Below, piece by piece: positions 36,957 through 48,242 of a DNA stretch of 64,000 nucleotides. Under the pieces are notes generated by a model that did no database searches, had not been told where the DNA came from, and worked only from the letters and a program-made list of their open reading frames with translations. This stretch comes from an uncultured Muribaculaceae bacterium (GTDB lineage Bacteria; Bacteroidota; Bacteroidia; Bacteroidales; Muribaculaceae), in contig CANRCT010000003.1 in NCBI GenBank assembly GCA_947629175.1, forward strand, positions 16,271 to 80,270, written 5' to 3'. The position numbers were made by a program, and so were the translations under genes. How positions within the stretch are numbered: position 1 is the stretch's first letter; each line of letters begins with the position of its first letter.

Positions 36957-37619
36957 ATGGAAGTAAGAATCGACAGCAGCTGGAAAGCGGTCCTCGGGCC
37001 CGAATTTGACAAGGAATATTTCCGCCGGCTCACTGATTTTGTCAGAGCCGAATACCGGCGCCGCATTGTATATCCCCCTGCCGGCCGGATCTTTGCGGCC
37101 TTCGATTCATGCCCGTTCGACAAGGTCAAGGTCGTGATCCTCGGCCAGGATCCTTATCACGGAGAGGGCCAGGCCAACGGGCTATGCTTCTCTGTCAATC
37201 CGGGCACAGCTCTACCCCGCTCTCTCGTCAATATTTTCAAGGAGGTGGCCGACGACACAGGCTGCCCCGTGTCAGCCGACGGAGATCTCAGCCGCTGGGC
37301 CCGTCAGGGAGTGCTGATGCTCAACGCCACCCTCACTGTTGGCGCCCATTCTCCGGGATCGCATCAGGGACACGGATGGGAGGAGTTCACCGACGCCGTG
37401 GTAAGAAACCTCGCCGAGCGGCGAGAGGGCCTCGTCTTCATACTCTGGGGTTCATATGCCATACGCAAGGGAGCGATGATCGACCGCAACCGACATCTTG
37501 TGCTCACATCGGCCCATCCGTCGCCTCTCAGCGCGTCAAGAGGTTTTTTCGGCAACCATCATTTCACACGGGCAAACGAATGGCTGCGTAATCACGGACA
37601 GACCCCCATCGTATGGTAA
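36957..37619 (+). CDS. ung: Uracil-DNA glycosylase family 1
   Basis: ILGQDPYHG, GLCFSV, GVLMLNATLTV and SAHPSPLS motifs. Confidence 0.97.
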   Translation: MEVRIDSSWKAVLGPEFDKEYFRRLTDFVRAEYRRRIVYPPAGRIFAAFDSCPFDKVKVVILGQDPYHGEGQANGLCFSVNPGTALPRSLVNIFKEVADDTGCPVSADGDLSRWARQGVLMLNATLTVGAHSPGSHQGHGWEEFTDAVVRNLAERREGLVFILWGSYAIRKGAMIDRNRHLVLTSAHPSPLSASRGFFGNHHFTRANEWLRNHGQTPIVW

Positions 37620-38872
37620 TCTCTCGTCGGGCTATCGCTGCGTTTGCAGCCCTTACGGCTGTCACGGTTCAGGCTCAGGTATATCTGACCAGATCGCCTG
37701 AAATAGCGAGCGTCACAGCCCGCATCGCCGGCCACGACAGCGCGCCACCCGTAATAATGCCGACAGCCGGCGACCGACTGAAAGTGGACTTCGACCGCTT
37801 GGGCACGGATAACCGCCATCTGCGCTACCGGCTCGTGCACTGCGATCCATGGTGGCGACCTTCGGGTCTGATCGATTCTGAGTTTGTCGACGGATTCAAC
37901 GAAGCTCAGGCCGATGACGGCGAATATTCGAGAGCCACACTGACACACTACGTACATCATTCAATCACAGTGCCGTCAGGGATTACCCCGACGATCAGCG
38001 GCAACTACCTGCTCGAAATATGGGACGATGACGATGACGCACGCCCTGTGATTCTCAGCATACCCTTCGGTGTCAGCGAACAGTCTGTGCCAATAAACGC
38101 CACCGTATCACCGCGTACCGACAGGGATTATCTCGGCGAACACCAGCAGCTCTCCATAGATCTGGATCTTCACAGGATTTGGGGAGAACTTGGCAGCCCG
38201 TATACCGACATCACCCTCACAATAGAGCAGAACTCCCGTCCGGAGACCAGAGTAATACTGACATCTCCGACAGGAATATACGGACACCGCGCACACTACG
38301 AACATATGCCGAAGCTTATTTTCAAGGGGGGCAACGAATACCGCCGTTTCGAGACCGTCGATCTACGCCAACGCGGACTTGGGATCGAATCAGCAGGCCA
38401 GACACCCGAAGGATATACTGCCGACGTTGCCAAGGCCATGCCCCGCTCCGGCACTCCATATGTCTACGACCAGACACAGCACGGCCGGATGCTTATAAGA
38501 AGCACCGACACCGACCGCCACAATACGGAAGCCGATTATGCCGACGTAAGCTTCAGACTTGTCACCGACCCCATTCCAGGCCATGACATCTATCTGGAAG
38601 GAGAAATGACAGGCCGAAGGCTCGATGCATTCAGCCACATGACATACGACTTCGCGTCGGGGGCATACCGTCTGACACTTCCCCTCAAACAAGGGGCGTA
38701 CAATTATCAGTTCGTCGCTTTAGACCGTCGGACAGGCCAACCGTCAGAAGGTCTTATCGAGGGCAACTTCCATCAGACTGTCAACGAGTACACCATAAAA
38801 GTATATTACCGACCGCGGACCGGACGTGGCTACAGGCTCGCCGGAATGACAGTAATAACCACCGACAGATGA
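37613..38872 (+). CDS. DUF5103 / T9SS plug-like protein
   Basis: LKVDFDRL, YRLVHCD, TLTHYVH, ISGNYLLEI, GGNEYRRFE, LKQGAYNYQF and EGNFHQTVNEY motifs. Confidence 0.82.
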   Translation: MVISRRAIAAFAALTAVTVQAQVYLTRSPEIASVTARIAGHDSAPPVIMPTAGDRLKVDFDRLGTDNRHLRYRLVHCDPWWRPSGLIDSEFVDGFNEAQADDGEYSRATLTHYVHHSITVPSGITPTISGNYLLEIWDDDDDARPVILSIPFGVSEQSVPINATVSPRTDRDYLGEHQQLSIDLDLHRIWGELGSPYTDITLTIEQNSRPETRVILTSPTGIYGHRAHYEHMPKLIFKGGNEYRRFETVDLRQRGLGIESAGQTPEGYTADVAKAMPRSGTPYVYDQTQHGRMLIRSTDTDRHNTEADYADVSFRLVTDPIPGHDIYLEGEMTGRRLDAFSHMTYDFASGAYRLTLPLKQGAYNYQFVALDRRTGQPSEGLIEGNFHQTVNEYTIKVYYRPRTGRGYRLAGMTVITTDR

Positions 38873-39477
38873 CAACCACTAATGAAGAAATCATGATAGA
38901 GATAGGCAATACGCTTGTGTCGCTCGACCTGGCCGAACGTTACTTTTGCTGCGACCTCGACCAATGCCTCGGACAGTGCTGTATCGAGGGCGATGCCGGA
39001 GCGCCAATCACGACCGACGAGAAAACCGAACTCGAACGGGTGCTTCCGATCGTCGGGCCGCAGCTGACGCCTCAGGCGCGCCGCATTATCGACGAGCAGG
39101 GAGTAAGCTATATCGACGAAGAGGGCGATCTCGTCACTTCGATTGTCGACGGACGCGACTGTGTGTTCACCTGCCGCGCGCCGGGAGGCAAATGCCTCTG
39201 CTCTATCGACCACGCTTACCGGCAGGGCCTGACCGGCTCTTTCCGTAAGCCGATCTCTTGCTATCTCTACCCGCTGCGCATCACCGAGTATCCTACATTT
39301 ACCGCCGTAAACTACCATCGGTGGAAAATATGCCGCAGCGCCGAGGCCAACGGGCGCAGGCTCGGAATACGCCTGTATCAGTTCATGAAAGAGCCACTGA
39401 TCGCGCGCTTCGGCAAAGAGTGGTACGACGAACTCGCCCAGGCCTGCGAGGCCATAATCGAAAACGGCATTGAATAA
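38869..39477 (+). CDS. DUF3109 family Cys-rich protein
   Basis: FCCDLDQCLGQCCIEGDAGAP, KPISCYLYP and NYHRWKIC motifs. Confidence 0.9.
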   Translation: MTTTNEEIMIEIGNTLVSLDLAERYFCCDLDQCLGQCCIEGDAGAPITTDEKTELERVLPIVGPQLTPQARRIIDEQGVSYIDEEGDLVTSIVDGRDCVFTCRAPGGKCLCSIDHAYRQGLTGSFRKPISCYLYPLRITEYPTFTAVNYHRWKICRSAEANGRRLGIRLYQFMKEPLIARFGKEWYDELAQACEAIIENGIE

Positions 39478-39500
39478 ATCAATCAAACACCCCTTCTATC

Positions 39501-41528
39501 ATGAAATCAATCAGGATTTGTCTTATCATGGCGCTCGTGGCGATAGCTGCCACGGCAGCCGCAAGACCGTCGCTTGCCGACTTTGCTCTTCTGCCGGTTC
39601 CGCAGGAGATAGAATTCCGCAATGGAGAGACGAAATTCTCTGCCGCCCGGCTTGAGATGCCGGCATGGGCCCGACAGTGGACCGACTGTCTGGCGCAGCT
39701 CGGTGCGAAAGTCGATCCGCAGGCCCGTTTTCTCATCAAAGGCGAGATCGTCGACTCCATAGCCGGAGCCGGCACCAACGACGAGGCATACACCCTCACC
39801 GTAGGCAGCCACGGCATTACGGTCACCGCCATATCGGAAAAGGGCATTTTCTGGGCCTTGCAGACACTCCGCCAGCTCGGACAGGGGTCGACCGCCCGGC
39901 AGGCACGGTTTCCGCACTGCGAGATTGTCGACTGGCCCGCATTCCCCTGGCGGGGCTTCATGATGGATGTGGGCCGCTCCTATATCAGCATGGATGAGCT
40001 CAAACGTGAGATCGACGCCATGTCGCTCTTCAAGCTCAACGTGTTCCACTGGCATCTGACCGAAAATCAGGCCTGGCGCCTCGAAAGCCGGATTTTTCCC
40101 ATGCTCAACGACAGCGTCAACACCATCCGTCAGCCTGGCAAATATTATACAATTGAAGAGGCCCGGGAACTTGTAGCCTACTGCCGCGACCGCGGCATCA
40201 TGCTCGTGCCCGAGATCGACATGCCGGGTCATAGCGCAGCTTTCGAACGTACGTTCCGTCACGACATGCAGTCGCCCGAAGGCATGAAGATACTCAAGCT
40301 TCTCGTAGAGGAGGCCTGCGCCACATTCGACGAAGTTCCCTACCTGCATATCGGCACAGACGAAGTGCGCTTCACCAATCCGGATTTCGTGCCTGAGATG
40401 GTGGCTTTCGTCCGCAGCCATGGCAAAAAAGCCATATCATGGAATCCCGGATGGCATTATGAGCCGGGGCAGATCGACATGACCCATCTCTGGAGCTACC
40501 GCGGAAAGGGTCAGACAGACATCCCTGCCATCGACTCAAAACTCCATTACCTCAATCACTTCGACCTGTATGCCGATCTCCGCGCGCTCTACCGGAGCAC
40601 CATCTACGGCCACACGTCAGGCACACCCGACGTAGCCGGAGTAGAGATAGCTATATGGAACGACCGCTATGTGGCCGACGAGGCGAGCAATGCCAACCAG
40701 AACAATCTCTATCCCGCGATGCTTGCCGTGGCCGAACGATCATGGCACGGAGGGGGCACAGAATACTTCGACCGTCTGGGATCGAACATGGCTGAGCCAG
40801 GGACTGACGATTTCAACGAATTCGCCGATTTCGAGCGCCGCCTTCTCCATCACAAAGCCACCACGCTCAGCCATCTTGACATCCCGTATGTAAAGCAGAC
40901 AAACGTCAACTGGCGCATAACCGATCCGTTCCCCAACGGAGGTGATCTCAGCCGCCGGTTTCCGCCCGAAATAGAGGGGATGAAACAAAGCTACGAATAT
41001 GAAGGCGCCACCTACGGCACCCGAAAGGCATCGGGAGCCGGCATCTATCTTCGCCACGTATGGGGCCCCGGGACAATCCCGGGATTCTATGCCAATCCGC
41101 AGCCCGATCATACAGCCTACGCCTTCACACGCGTCTACTCCCCTGCCGACCAGACACTCGGACTGCAGGCCGAGACGCAGAACTACAGCCGATCGGAGCC
41201 CGATATCGCTCCCGAACAGGGCAAATGGGACTATCGTGAAAGCCGCATATGGATCAATGGCGTGGCAGTAGAGCCGCCCGTATGGCAGTCGACCCATAAG
41301 ACACGTGATAACGAGATCTCGCTGACCAACGAGAACGCATCGGCACGCAAACCGCTCCCCGTAAAACTCCACAAAGGCTGGAACGACGTGATGATAAAAC
41401 TCCCGATCGGTCAGTTCTCCACTCCGGAGACACGACTGGCCAAATGGATGTTCACGTTCGTGCTGACCACACCCGACGGGACGCGTGAGGCCGACGTGGT
41501 CTACGATCCCGATGCTCAGGGAAAATAA
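39501..41528 (+). CDS. GH20 beta-N-acetylhexosaminidase with C-terminal accessory domain
   Basis: DWPAFPWRGFMMDVGR, FHWHLTENQ, PEIDMPGH and catalytic HIGTDE motif. Confidence 0.93.
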   Translation: MKSIRICLIMALVAIAATAAARPSLADFALLPVPQEIEFRNGETKFSAARLEMPAWARQWTDCLAQLGAKVDPQARFLIKGEIVDSIAGAGTNDEAYTLTVGSHGITVTAISEKGIFWALQTLRQLGQGSTARQARFPHCEIVDWPAFPWRGFMMDVGRSYISMDELKREIDAMSLFKLNVFHWHLTENQAWRLESRIFPMLNDSVNTIRQPGKYYTIEEARELVAYCRDRGIMLVPEIDMPGHSAAFERTFRHDMQSPEGMKILKLLVEEACATFDEVPYLHIGTDEVRFTNPDFVPEMVAFVRSHGKKAISWNPGWHYEPGQIDMTHLWSYRGKGQTDIPAIDSKLHYLNHFDLYADLRALYRSTIYGHTSGTPDVAGVEIAIWNDRYVADEASNANQNNLYPAMLAVAERSWHGGGTEYFDRLGSNMAEPGTDDFNEFADFERRLLHHKATTLSHLDIPYVKQTNVNWRITDPFPNGGDLSRRFPPEIEGMKQSYEYEGATYGTRKASGAGIYLRHVWGPGTIPGFYANPQPDHTAYAFTRVYSPADQTLGLQAETQNYSRSEPDIAPEQGKWDYRESRIWINGVAVEPPVWQSTHKTRDNEISLTNENASARKPLPVKLHKGWNDVMIKLPIGQFSTPETRLAKWMFTFVLTTPDGTREADVVYDPDAQGK

Positions 41529-42343
41529 CGGCGCGAAAGCTTCCGGTAAATCTCGGTCTGGCGCTGCGCCTCCATGACCGTATCGAGCCGGCTCACCAGC
41601 AGTGAGTCGGCTTTTCTGCATATCCACGACTGGAACTGATTGAACGACACTGCTGTAGACACATCCACCCGCGGATAATCCGCTGCCATGGCGCGGGCTA
41701 TACGCTCATTGACCACAGCCGACGGTATCTCCCCGGTAGCAGTCATGATAAACAGCTGTTCGCTGCCATAAGCCGGATCTTCGACTACATAAATGGTATC
41801 ACCGATCTCCGACGCAAGATTGTGAAGACGGTCGGCCACCGGCGACTGTGCCATGACCCATACTTCATGTCGTGCCAAGTCGAGCTGCGAATTGACAGGC
41901 ACATTGCCCGATGAATCACGCAACTGCACGAGAACCTGGCGGTCGATATACACCGGCATGGTAAACGCATAATCCTCCCTGTAGCGCTCGGTCATAGGCA
42001 TAGCCGCCACCACAATATCATATATACCTTCGTCAAGGCCGCCAAGAGCCTCGCCGATAGTCACTATAGGGTGGAACTTCAGTTTCAGATCATGATCAGC
42101 CGCCATCTGACGTAAAAGATCGTAGGAAAAGCCCCCGAGGGTATCGTCGTAGCGGTAGAATGACAAAGGTCCGTATTCAATCGCAACATCTATCGTATCA
42201 CCGCCCGAAGGCTGACGCGATGAGACATGTAGCGTAGGTACACTGCATGTGCGGACACACAGCATCAACGTCAGCGCCGCCACGAGAAGCAGCCCGTAGA
42301 GCGCGAGCCTTGACGACGGCTTGCGAACATATCGTAGTTTCAT
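41516..42343 (-). CDS. Family 3 substrate-binding-domain protein (MltF-N-like)
   Basis: N-terminal anchor, GFSYDLL, LDEGIYDIVV and YAFTMP motifs. Confidence 0.8.
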   Translation of the reverse strand: MKLRYVRKPSSRLALYGLLLVAALTLMLCVRTCSVPTLHVSSRQPSGGDTIDVAIEYGPLSFYRYDDTLGGFSYDLLRQMAADHDLKLKFHPIVTIGEALGGLDEGIYDIVVAAMPMTERYREDYAFTMPVYIDRQVLVQLRDSSGNVPVNSQLDLARHEVWVMAQSPVADRLHNLASEIGDTIYVVEDPAYGSEQLFIMTATGEIPSAVVNERIARAMAADYPRVDVSTAVSFNQFQSWICRKADSLLVSRLDTVMEAQRQTEIYRKLSRRYFP

Positions 42344-42345
42344 GA

Positions 42346-44334
42346 TCAGTTGGCGAAATCAATTGACAGACCTATCTGGAAGCGACGCGGGTTCATCGGA
42401 TAATGAGGCATCGCGAAGTAGTTCTTGCCGGTCAGTCCCTGGTTGATATGCGACATCATGACATAGAACCGCGTGCGGCTGAGCTTCATATTGGCATAGA
42501 GGTTCATGAACGGATAATTGCCCACCTCAACCGACCGCTGGTTGTAAAACGCCATGGTCGCCGGCTGATACGACGGGGAATAGTAGCGCGTATAATAGTC
42601 ACAGTCGAGGCCCAGCTGCACTTCAAGCACCTTCGCCACTTTGAAGTAGACGAACAGGTTGGAATAAACGGCAAGCTTTGGCGCGGGCAGCACATTTTCA
42701 TCGGAAGTCACCTGATATGTGATGTTGTTCTGCCAGTTGAGAGCCCTGTAGCGGAAATCCTGCCGGAGATTGACACTGATCACCTGCACGCTTCCCTTAT
42801 GTTGCACCGGCAGACAGTCCTGACCGAAATAGATGTAATTCTGAATATTTTCCACTCCGGCATTGACATAGGTGCCGGTGAACGGTATCCTCAGCCATCC
42901 TCCCGCCTTAAGCCGTCGCGTCTTGCCGAAATCGTTGTTCCATATGAAATGGTTGGACACATACTGGCGCATGAGCAGAGGCGCCTCTTCGTTAGAAAAG
43001 TGGAAATAACCGTTGATTCTGACAGTATCGTTCTTGAGCTGGAACAGAGTGGACAGATTGGCATTTACCCTGACATCACCTGCCACCGGGCCAGCTATGC
43101 CTATCCGACCGGTCAGATCATACCTGAGCACACGTCCTGATTGTTTAGTAAGCTGACCTCCGGCATAAAACAGGTTTTCTGTGACTTTTGGGCTCAACTT
43201 GCTTTCAAACGGATATGGGGTAAGTCCCTGGGGACGATCCGCACCGGCGATCGGTATGCTGTCGACTGTCTGGTTATAGCGGCGAATCTCATGAGTGATA
43301 TATGCCGCCAGTCCGGCCTTGGCATACTTATGGAAACCTTCGAGAAGCGACACCCCGAGAGTGTTGGACAGCGACCAGTACGATGTATTGTCGTGCGTAG
43401 AGCCGTCAGACAGATACGTGTTGCGCCAGAAATCTTCTATCTCAGGCGCCACGGTGTTGTCAAACACATGGCGCCCCTTGTTGTAATCGAGCGTCCATAT
43501 AAAGCTCGACACCGGGATATAGGTACGGTGCTCTATAGTATCACCGGGTATTGAATCATTGGGAGGTGTCACATGCCAGTAGCCGACCTTATAGCGCGAG
43601 TTGGCCATAAATTCCGTACCGGTGACCCTCGAATGCGCTCCGGTGAGGAACGTCGGTATCGACTTGGGATTGATCGACGCGGATCCACCCTGCAATATTT
43701 CAGGATTTGTAATGTAAAGGTCATCCGTGATGCCGCCGTTCTCCTTCGCTACAAGATTGTAGTGATTGACAAAAGTCTGCAGTTCATAACGGTCGCCCAT
43801 ATACGATGATGCCAGCCCCCATGCCAGATTCTTGTCGGCCTGGTTGGCATAGCTGCCCTTGGAGTAGAGATAATCCACCGAAGCGCCGATCTGAAGCCTG
43901 CTGTTGACATTGCCCGAGAAATCAGCCTGCAGACGGTCCTGGGCCGTCTCGCGTCCGCCTGAGTTATTGTAACTCAGTAGCGTCATCGGTATTCGCGTAT
44001 TGTAATATTTGTGATTGCCCTGCATGGGAAGCCACTGGCGCACGGCGTCGCGGAAGAAAAAGTCGCTCATTGCCGGACGCTCGAACAATATCATGTTAAT
44101 GCCCGGCGATCCGAGATTGCCTGTGGAAGCCCAGGCGGGAGACAGAGCCGACGGCACTGATTGCATAGAATAGTCGAACAACAAAGTATCGATAGTGGCA
44201 GGCTCATGCAATCCCAGCGGGGGGAGCATGGTCCAGGCATAGGATGGCGCTATCACAGGGGCTTTTTTCTGCCCTGCCGCGCCTATTGCTGCTGCAAAGC
44301 AGAGGACAATCAGTGGTAAGGCTCTTCGTAACAT
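42346..44334 (-). CDS. Putative outer-membrane porin (Bacteroidota Porin_10-like)
   Basis: Signal peptide, YYNTRIPMTLLSY, YLYSKGSY, YPFMNLYAN and C-terminal FQIGLSIDFAN strand. Confidence 0.8.
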   Translation of the reverse strand: MLRRALPLIVLCFAAAIGAAGQKKAPVIAPSYAWTMLPPLGLHEPATIDTLLFDYSMQSVPSALSPAWASTGNLGSPGINMILFERPAMSDFFFRDAVRQWLPMQGNHKYYNTRIPMTLLSYNNSGGRETAQDRLQADFSGNVNSRLQIGASVDYLYSKGSYANQADKNLAWGLASSYMGDRYELQTFVNHYNLVAKENGGITDDLYITNPEILQGGSASINPKSIPTFLTGAHSRVTGTEFMANSRYKVGYWHVTPPNDSIPGDTIEHRTYIPVSSFIWTLDYNKGRHVFDNTVAPEIEDFWRNTYLSDGSTHDNTSYWSLSNTLGVSLLEGFHKYAKAGLAAYITHEIRRYNQTVDSIPIAGADRPQGLTPYPFESKLSPKVTENLFYAGGQLTKQSGRVLRYDLTGRIGIAGPVAGDVRVNANLSTLFQLKNDTVRINGYFHFSNEEAPLLMRQYVSNHFIWNNDFGKTRRLKAGGWLRIPFTGTYVNAGVENIQNYIYFGQDCLPVQHKGSVQVISVNLRQDFRYRALNWQNNITYQVTSDENVLPAPKLAVYSNLFVYFKVAKVLEVQLGLDCDYYTRYYSPSYQPATMAFYNQRSVEVGNYPFMNLYANMKLSRTRFYVMMSHINQGLTGKNYFAMPHYPMNPRRFQIGLSIDFAN

Positions 44335-44444
44335 GCGGCAAAGTTACGAAGAAATTGGCCAACATACGGGAGTGGATGACGTTTTTTTACGCGTTCGGCC
44401 ACTTGCCGACGAGCCGGAAGAGGATCATGCATGACGCGACGGCG

Positions 44445-44738
44445 TCATAAGTCATCTTCATCCGTGCCTTTTTTCCTGAATATGAAGCTCAGGCACCACA
44501 GAATGATCGCACACACGACGACTGCCCCTACAAGGGATATCGTCTGCCCGTAATCATTCTCGCCAAACCACATCATGAAAGCGTAGCCTCCGCCGACTGC
44601 CGATGCTACTCCAACTATTACGTTGACAATCGCAGACAAGCCGCCGGATGTCAGCAGACGGCCGCACATATACCCTCCTATCGCGCCGATCAGAGCCCAT
44701 ACGAGCCATGTGGTCAGTCCTATATCAGCAAGTATCAT
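44445..44738 (-). CDS. GlsB/YeaQ/YmgE-like small membrane protein
   Basis: Three Gly-rich TM helices (LIGAIGG, IVGVASAVGG, LVGAVV). Confidence 0.7.
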   Translation of the reverse strand: MILADIGLTTWLVWALIGAIGGYMCGRLLTSGGLSAIVNVIVGVASAVGGGYAFMMWFGENDYGQTISLVGAVVVCAIILWCLSFIFRKKGTDEDDL

Positions 44739-44905
44739 GACAATATGTTGAAATTACGTGATGTATTGATTATCGCACGCGCGGCCACGTCGGTGTCGCC
44801 CCAGAGATCGGCCATCGTGAGCCAAATCACGAGGAGAACTATCAGCACTATCACTCCCACGACAAGCCAGGAGTTGACTTTAGAGTTTTTTTGTTTCTTT
44901 TCCAT
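44735..44905 (-). CDS. Small single-pass membrane protein
   Basis: MEKKQKNSK...WLVVGVIVLIVLLVIWL; stop overlaps the next ATG (ATGA). Confidence 0.65.
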   Translation of the reverse strand: MEKKQKNSKVNSWLVVGVIVLIVLLVIWLTMADLWGDTDVAARAIINTSRNFNILS

Positions 44906-45056
44906 CTTTATTATCACAATGAAAACGATTGAAAAATCAGGGTTAGTTTTATAAAAAAACGTTCACTTCGGGGAATTTGTTCCTTTTTTTAGGTCAATTT
45001 CGGGATATTGCCTAAATTTGCGTATAAAATTCAACCTAATCAATTACCCTGTAAAA

Positions 45057-46073
45057 ATGGAACTGATAGAGAAAATGACCGCCCGGGCCAAGGCCAATCC
45101 CCAGCGGATAATACTGCCTGAAGGCACAGAGCCCCGCACTCTTTCGGCCGCCGACCGTATCATAGCCGAAAAAATCGCTGACATCACCCTTATAGGTGAT
45201 CCTGCCGACATCCATGCCCTCGCAAAAGAGCTGAAACTGGAGCACATCAAAGATGCCAGGATAGTCAACCCTGCCGATGAGAAAGTCATTGACCGCTATG
45301 CTCCGCTCTTCTTCGAACTCCGCAAGAAAAAAGGCATCACGATGGAAGAGGCGCGTCTGACCACGGCCAACCCGCTCTATCTCGGCTGCCTGATGGTCAA
45401 GGCAGGCGACGCCGACGGACAGGTGGCCGGCGCACAGAACACCACCGGCAACGTGCTCCGAGCCGCTTTCCAGGTCATAAAGACACAGCCCGGCATCAGT
45501 GTGGTCTCAGGAGCGTTCCTGATGCTTCTCCCCGAGGGACTCAATTTCGGCACCGACGGCATACTGATATTCGCCGATTGCGCGGTAGTGCCTGATCCGA
45601 CTGCCGAAGAGCTCGCACAGATCGCCGTGTCGGCATCCCAGACCGCACGCGACATAGCCGGCATAGAGCCGCGCGTGGCCATATTGAGCTTCTCCACCAA
45701 AGGCAGCGCGAAGCATGAACGCGTCGACAAGGTGATCCGCGCCACAGAGATCGCCAAGGAGATGGCTCCCGGTCTGATTCTTGACGGCGAGCTTCAGGCC
45801 GACGCAGCCATAGTGCCCGGCGTAGCCCACTCAAAGGCTCCCAATAGTCCGCTCAACGGACGTGCCAACGTACTGGTGTTCCCGTCGCTCGAAGTCGGCA
45901 ACATCGCCTACAAGCTCGTGCAGCGTCTGGGTGGCGTTCAGGCAGTCGGTCCGGTGCTTCAGGGCCTTGCCGCTCCGGTCAACGACCTGTCGCGCGGCTG
46001 CTTCCCAGAGGACATCTACAAGACCATCATCATGACCTGCAATCAGGCTATTGGTCTTAAAAACGGAAAGTAA
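45057..46073 (+). CDS. pta: Phosphate acetyltransferase
   Basis: [37 protein letters not shown] and PVNDLSRG motifs; ATG 45057. Confidence 0.97.
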   Translation: MELIEKMTARAKANPQRIILPEGTEPRTLSAADRIIAEKIADITLIGDPADIHALAKELKLEHIKDARIVNPADEKVIDRYAPLFFELRKKKGITMEEARLTTANPLYLGCLMVKAGDADGQVAGAQNTTGNVLRAAFQVIKTQPGISVVSGAFLMLLPEGLNFGTDGILIFADCAVVPDPTAEELAQIAVSASQTARDIAGIEPRVAILSFSTKGSAKHERVDKVIRATEIAKEMAPGLILDGELQADAAIVPGVAHSKAPNSPLNGRANVLVFPSLEVGNIAYKLVQRLGGVQAVGPVLQGLAAPVNDLSRGCFPEDIYKTIIMTCNQAIGLKNGK

Positions 46074-46101
46074 TCCATAACCAGAATCATCTCATACAGA
46101 C

Positions 46102-47310
46102 ATGAAAATCTTAGTGCTCAACTGCGGCAGCAGTTCCGTAAAATACAAACTCATAGACACCGACAACGACCGCACCATGGCCGAAGGCGGAGTGGAAAAG
46201 ATCGGACTCCCCGACGGATTCCTCAAATTCAAGAAAGCCGACGGCTCCAAGGAGATCAAGGAACTTGGCCTCACCGACCACAAAGGAGCTGTCGGAGCGA
46301 TCCTCAACAACCTGACCGATCCTACAGTCGGATGCATCAAGGATTACTCGGAGATCGACGCCGTTGGCCATCGCGTGGTGCATGGCGCGGAAAAATTCAA
46401 CAAATCTGTCCTTATCACCGATGAAGTGATACAGCAGGTGAAGGATTGCTACAACCTCGCCCCGCTTCACAACCCCGCCAACATCACCGGCATCGAAGCC
46501 ATCTCGGCCCTCATGCCCGACGTTCCGCAGGTGGGAGTGTTCGACACCGCCTTCCATCAGACGATGCCGGCCAAGTCGTTCATGTATGCGCTCCCCTACC
46601 GTTTTTACAAAGAGGACGGAGTGCGCCGCTACGGCTTCCACGGCACCAGCCACCGTTACGTGTCGGCACGCGCATGCGAATTCCTGGGACTCGACATCAC
46701 CAAGCAGAAGATGATCACTTGCCATGTGGGCAACGGAGGTTCGATCACAGCCGTTCTCTACGGCAAGAGCGTCGACACCTCCATGGGCCTCACTCCTACC
46801 GAGGGCCTCATGATGGGCACCCGCGTAGGCGACGTCGATCCGGGAGCGATCACTTACCTGATGCACCGTCACGGCTATACCGTCGACGACATACAGCGCA
46901 TCATCAACAAGGAGAGCGGCATGGCGGGAGTCAGCGAGATATCCTCCGACATGCGTGAGATCGAGGCGGCTGAAAAGGCCGGCAACGAACGCGCAAAGCT
47001 CGGCATGGACATGTATGAGCAGCGTATCATCAAATATGTAGGCGCTTATGCTGCCGAAATGGGTGGCGTCGACGTGATAGTCTTCACTGGAGGCGTCGGC
47101 GAAAACCAGACCGGAGTACGCGAGAACGTTTGCGAGCCGCTCAAATTCATGGGCGTGGAGATCGACAAAGAGCTCAACGCACGCACCCGCGGAACCGAGA
47201 CCGAGATATCCACCCCTGCTTCAAAAGTAAAAGTAGTGGTAATACCCACCGACGAGGAGCTGATGATAGCCCGCGACACCCGCGACATCGTGTCGGCTCT
47301 CCACAAATAA
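46102..47310 (+). CDS. ackA: Acetate kinase
   Basis: LNCGSSS, GHRVVHG, LAPLHNP, RRYGFHGTSH, TSMGLTPTEG and PTDEE motifs. Confidence 0.98.
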   Translation: MKILVLNCGSSSVKYKLIDTDNDRTMAEGGVEKIGLPDGFLKFKKADGSKEIKELGLTDHKGAVGAILNNLTDPTVGCIKDYSEIDAVGHRVVHGAEKFNKSVLITDEVIQQVKDCYNLAPLHNPANITGIEAISALMPDVPQVGVFDTAFHQTMPAKSFMYALPYRFYKEDGVRRYGFHGTSHRYVSARACEFLGLDITKQKMITCHVGNGGSITAVLYGKSVDTSMGLTPTEGLMMGTRVGDVDPGAITYLMHRHGYTVDDIQRIINKESGMAGVSEISSDMREIEAAEKAGNERAKLGMDMYEQRIIKYVGAYAAEMGGVDVIVFTGGVGENQTGVRENVCEPLKFMGVEIDKELNARTRGTETEISTPASKVKVVVIPTDEELMIARDTRDIVSALHK

Positions 47311-47332
47311 CCCGTTAAACATTCCGATCAGA

Positions 47333-48229
47333 ATGAACAAGATCAAAGCAGCCATAGTGGGATATGGCAACATAGGCCACTTTGTGCTCCAGTCGCTTCA
47401 GGAAGCCGACGACTTCGAGATAGCCGGAATTGTCCGGCGCTCCGTCGGTTCGCAGCCCGCTGAGCTCGCGCCATATAAGGTCGTGACAGATATCGCTGAA
47501 CTCGGCAAGGTCGACGTAGCCATCCTGTGTACGCCCACACGCGAAGTCGAAAAACACGCTTCCGCCATGCTTGCAGCCGGCATCAATACTGTCGACAGCT
47601 TCGACATACATACTCTTATCCCGCAGCTGCGCCGCGACCTCGGCGAGATCGCGCGTAAGCACGGCACGGTAGCCGTCATTTCGGCCGGATGGGATCCGGG
47701 CAGCGACTCCGTAGTGAGAGCCCTCATGCAGGCTGCCGCACCGAAAGGGCTGACATATACCAACTTCGGCCCGGGCATGAGCATGGGTCATACGGTATGC
47801 GTCAAGTCAAAGCCGGGTGTCAAGGACGCACTGTCGATGACCATACCTCTGGGCACCGGCATCCACCGCCGCATGGTGTATGTGGAGCTTGAACCGGGCG
47901 CGAGCCTCGAAGAGGTGTCGGAGGCCGTGAAGACCGACCCCTACTTTGCAAGCGACGAGACCCACGTGATCGAGGTGAAATCGGTAGATGAAGTGAAGGA
48001 TATGGGCCACGGAGTGCACATGACACGCAAAGGTGTCTCAGGCCGCACGCAGAACCAGCGTTTTGAGTTCAGCATGAGCATCAACAACCCGGCTCTAACC
48101 GCCCAGATACTCGTCGGCGCCGCCCGCGCTGCCATGCGCCTGCAGCCCGGAGCCTACACCATGATCGAAATCCCGGTCATCGACCTTCTCCCCGGTGACC
48201 GCGAGGAGCTCGTGGCCCATCTCGTATGA
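47333..48229 (+). CDS. ddh: meso-Diaminopimelate D-dehydrogenase
   Basis: VGYGNIG, NTVDSFDIH, SAGWDPG, TNFGPGMSMGH and MGHGV motifs. Confidence 0.93.
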   Translation: MNKIKAAIVGYGNIGHFVLQSLQEADDFEIAGIVRRSVGSQPAELAPYKVVTDIAELGKVDVAILCTPTREVEKHASAMLAAGINTVDSFDIHTLIPQLRRDLGEIARKHGTVAVISAGWDPGSDSVVRALMQAAAPKGLTYTNFGPGMSMGHTVCVKSKPGVKDALSMTIPLGTGIHRRMVYVELEPGASLEEVSEAVKTDPYFASDETHVIEVKSVDEVKDMGHGVHMTRKGVSGRTQNQRFEFSMSINNPALTAQILVGAARAAMRLQPGAYTMIEIPVIDLLPGDREELVAHLV

Positions 48230-48242
48230 CCTCACCCGGCAT

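Noticed and set aside
37613-38872. DUF5103 plus GH20 as a dedicated T9SS cargo locus
   Set aside because: The GH20 shows no evident T9SS C-terminal domain, and the ung-DUF5103-DUF3109 order looks like ordinary conserved synteny.
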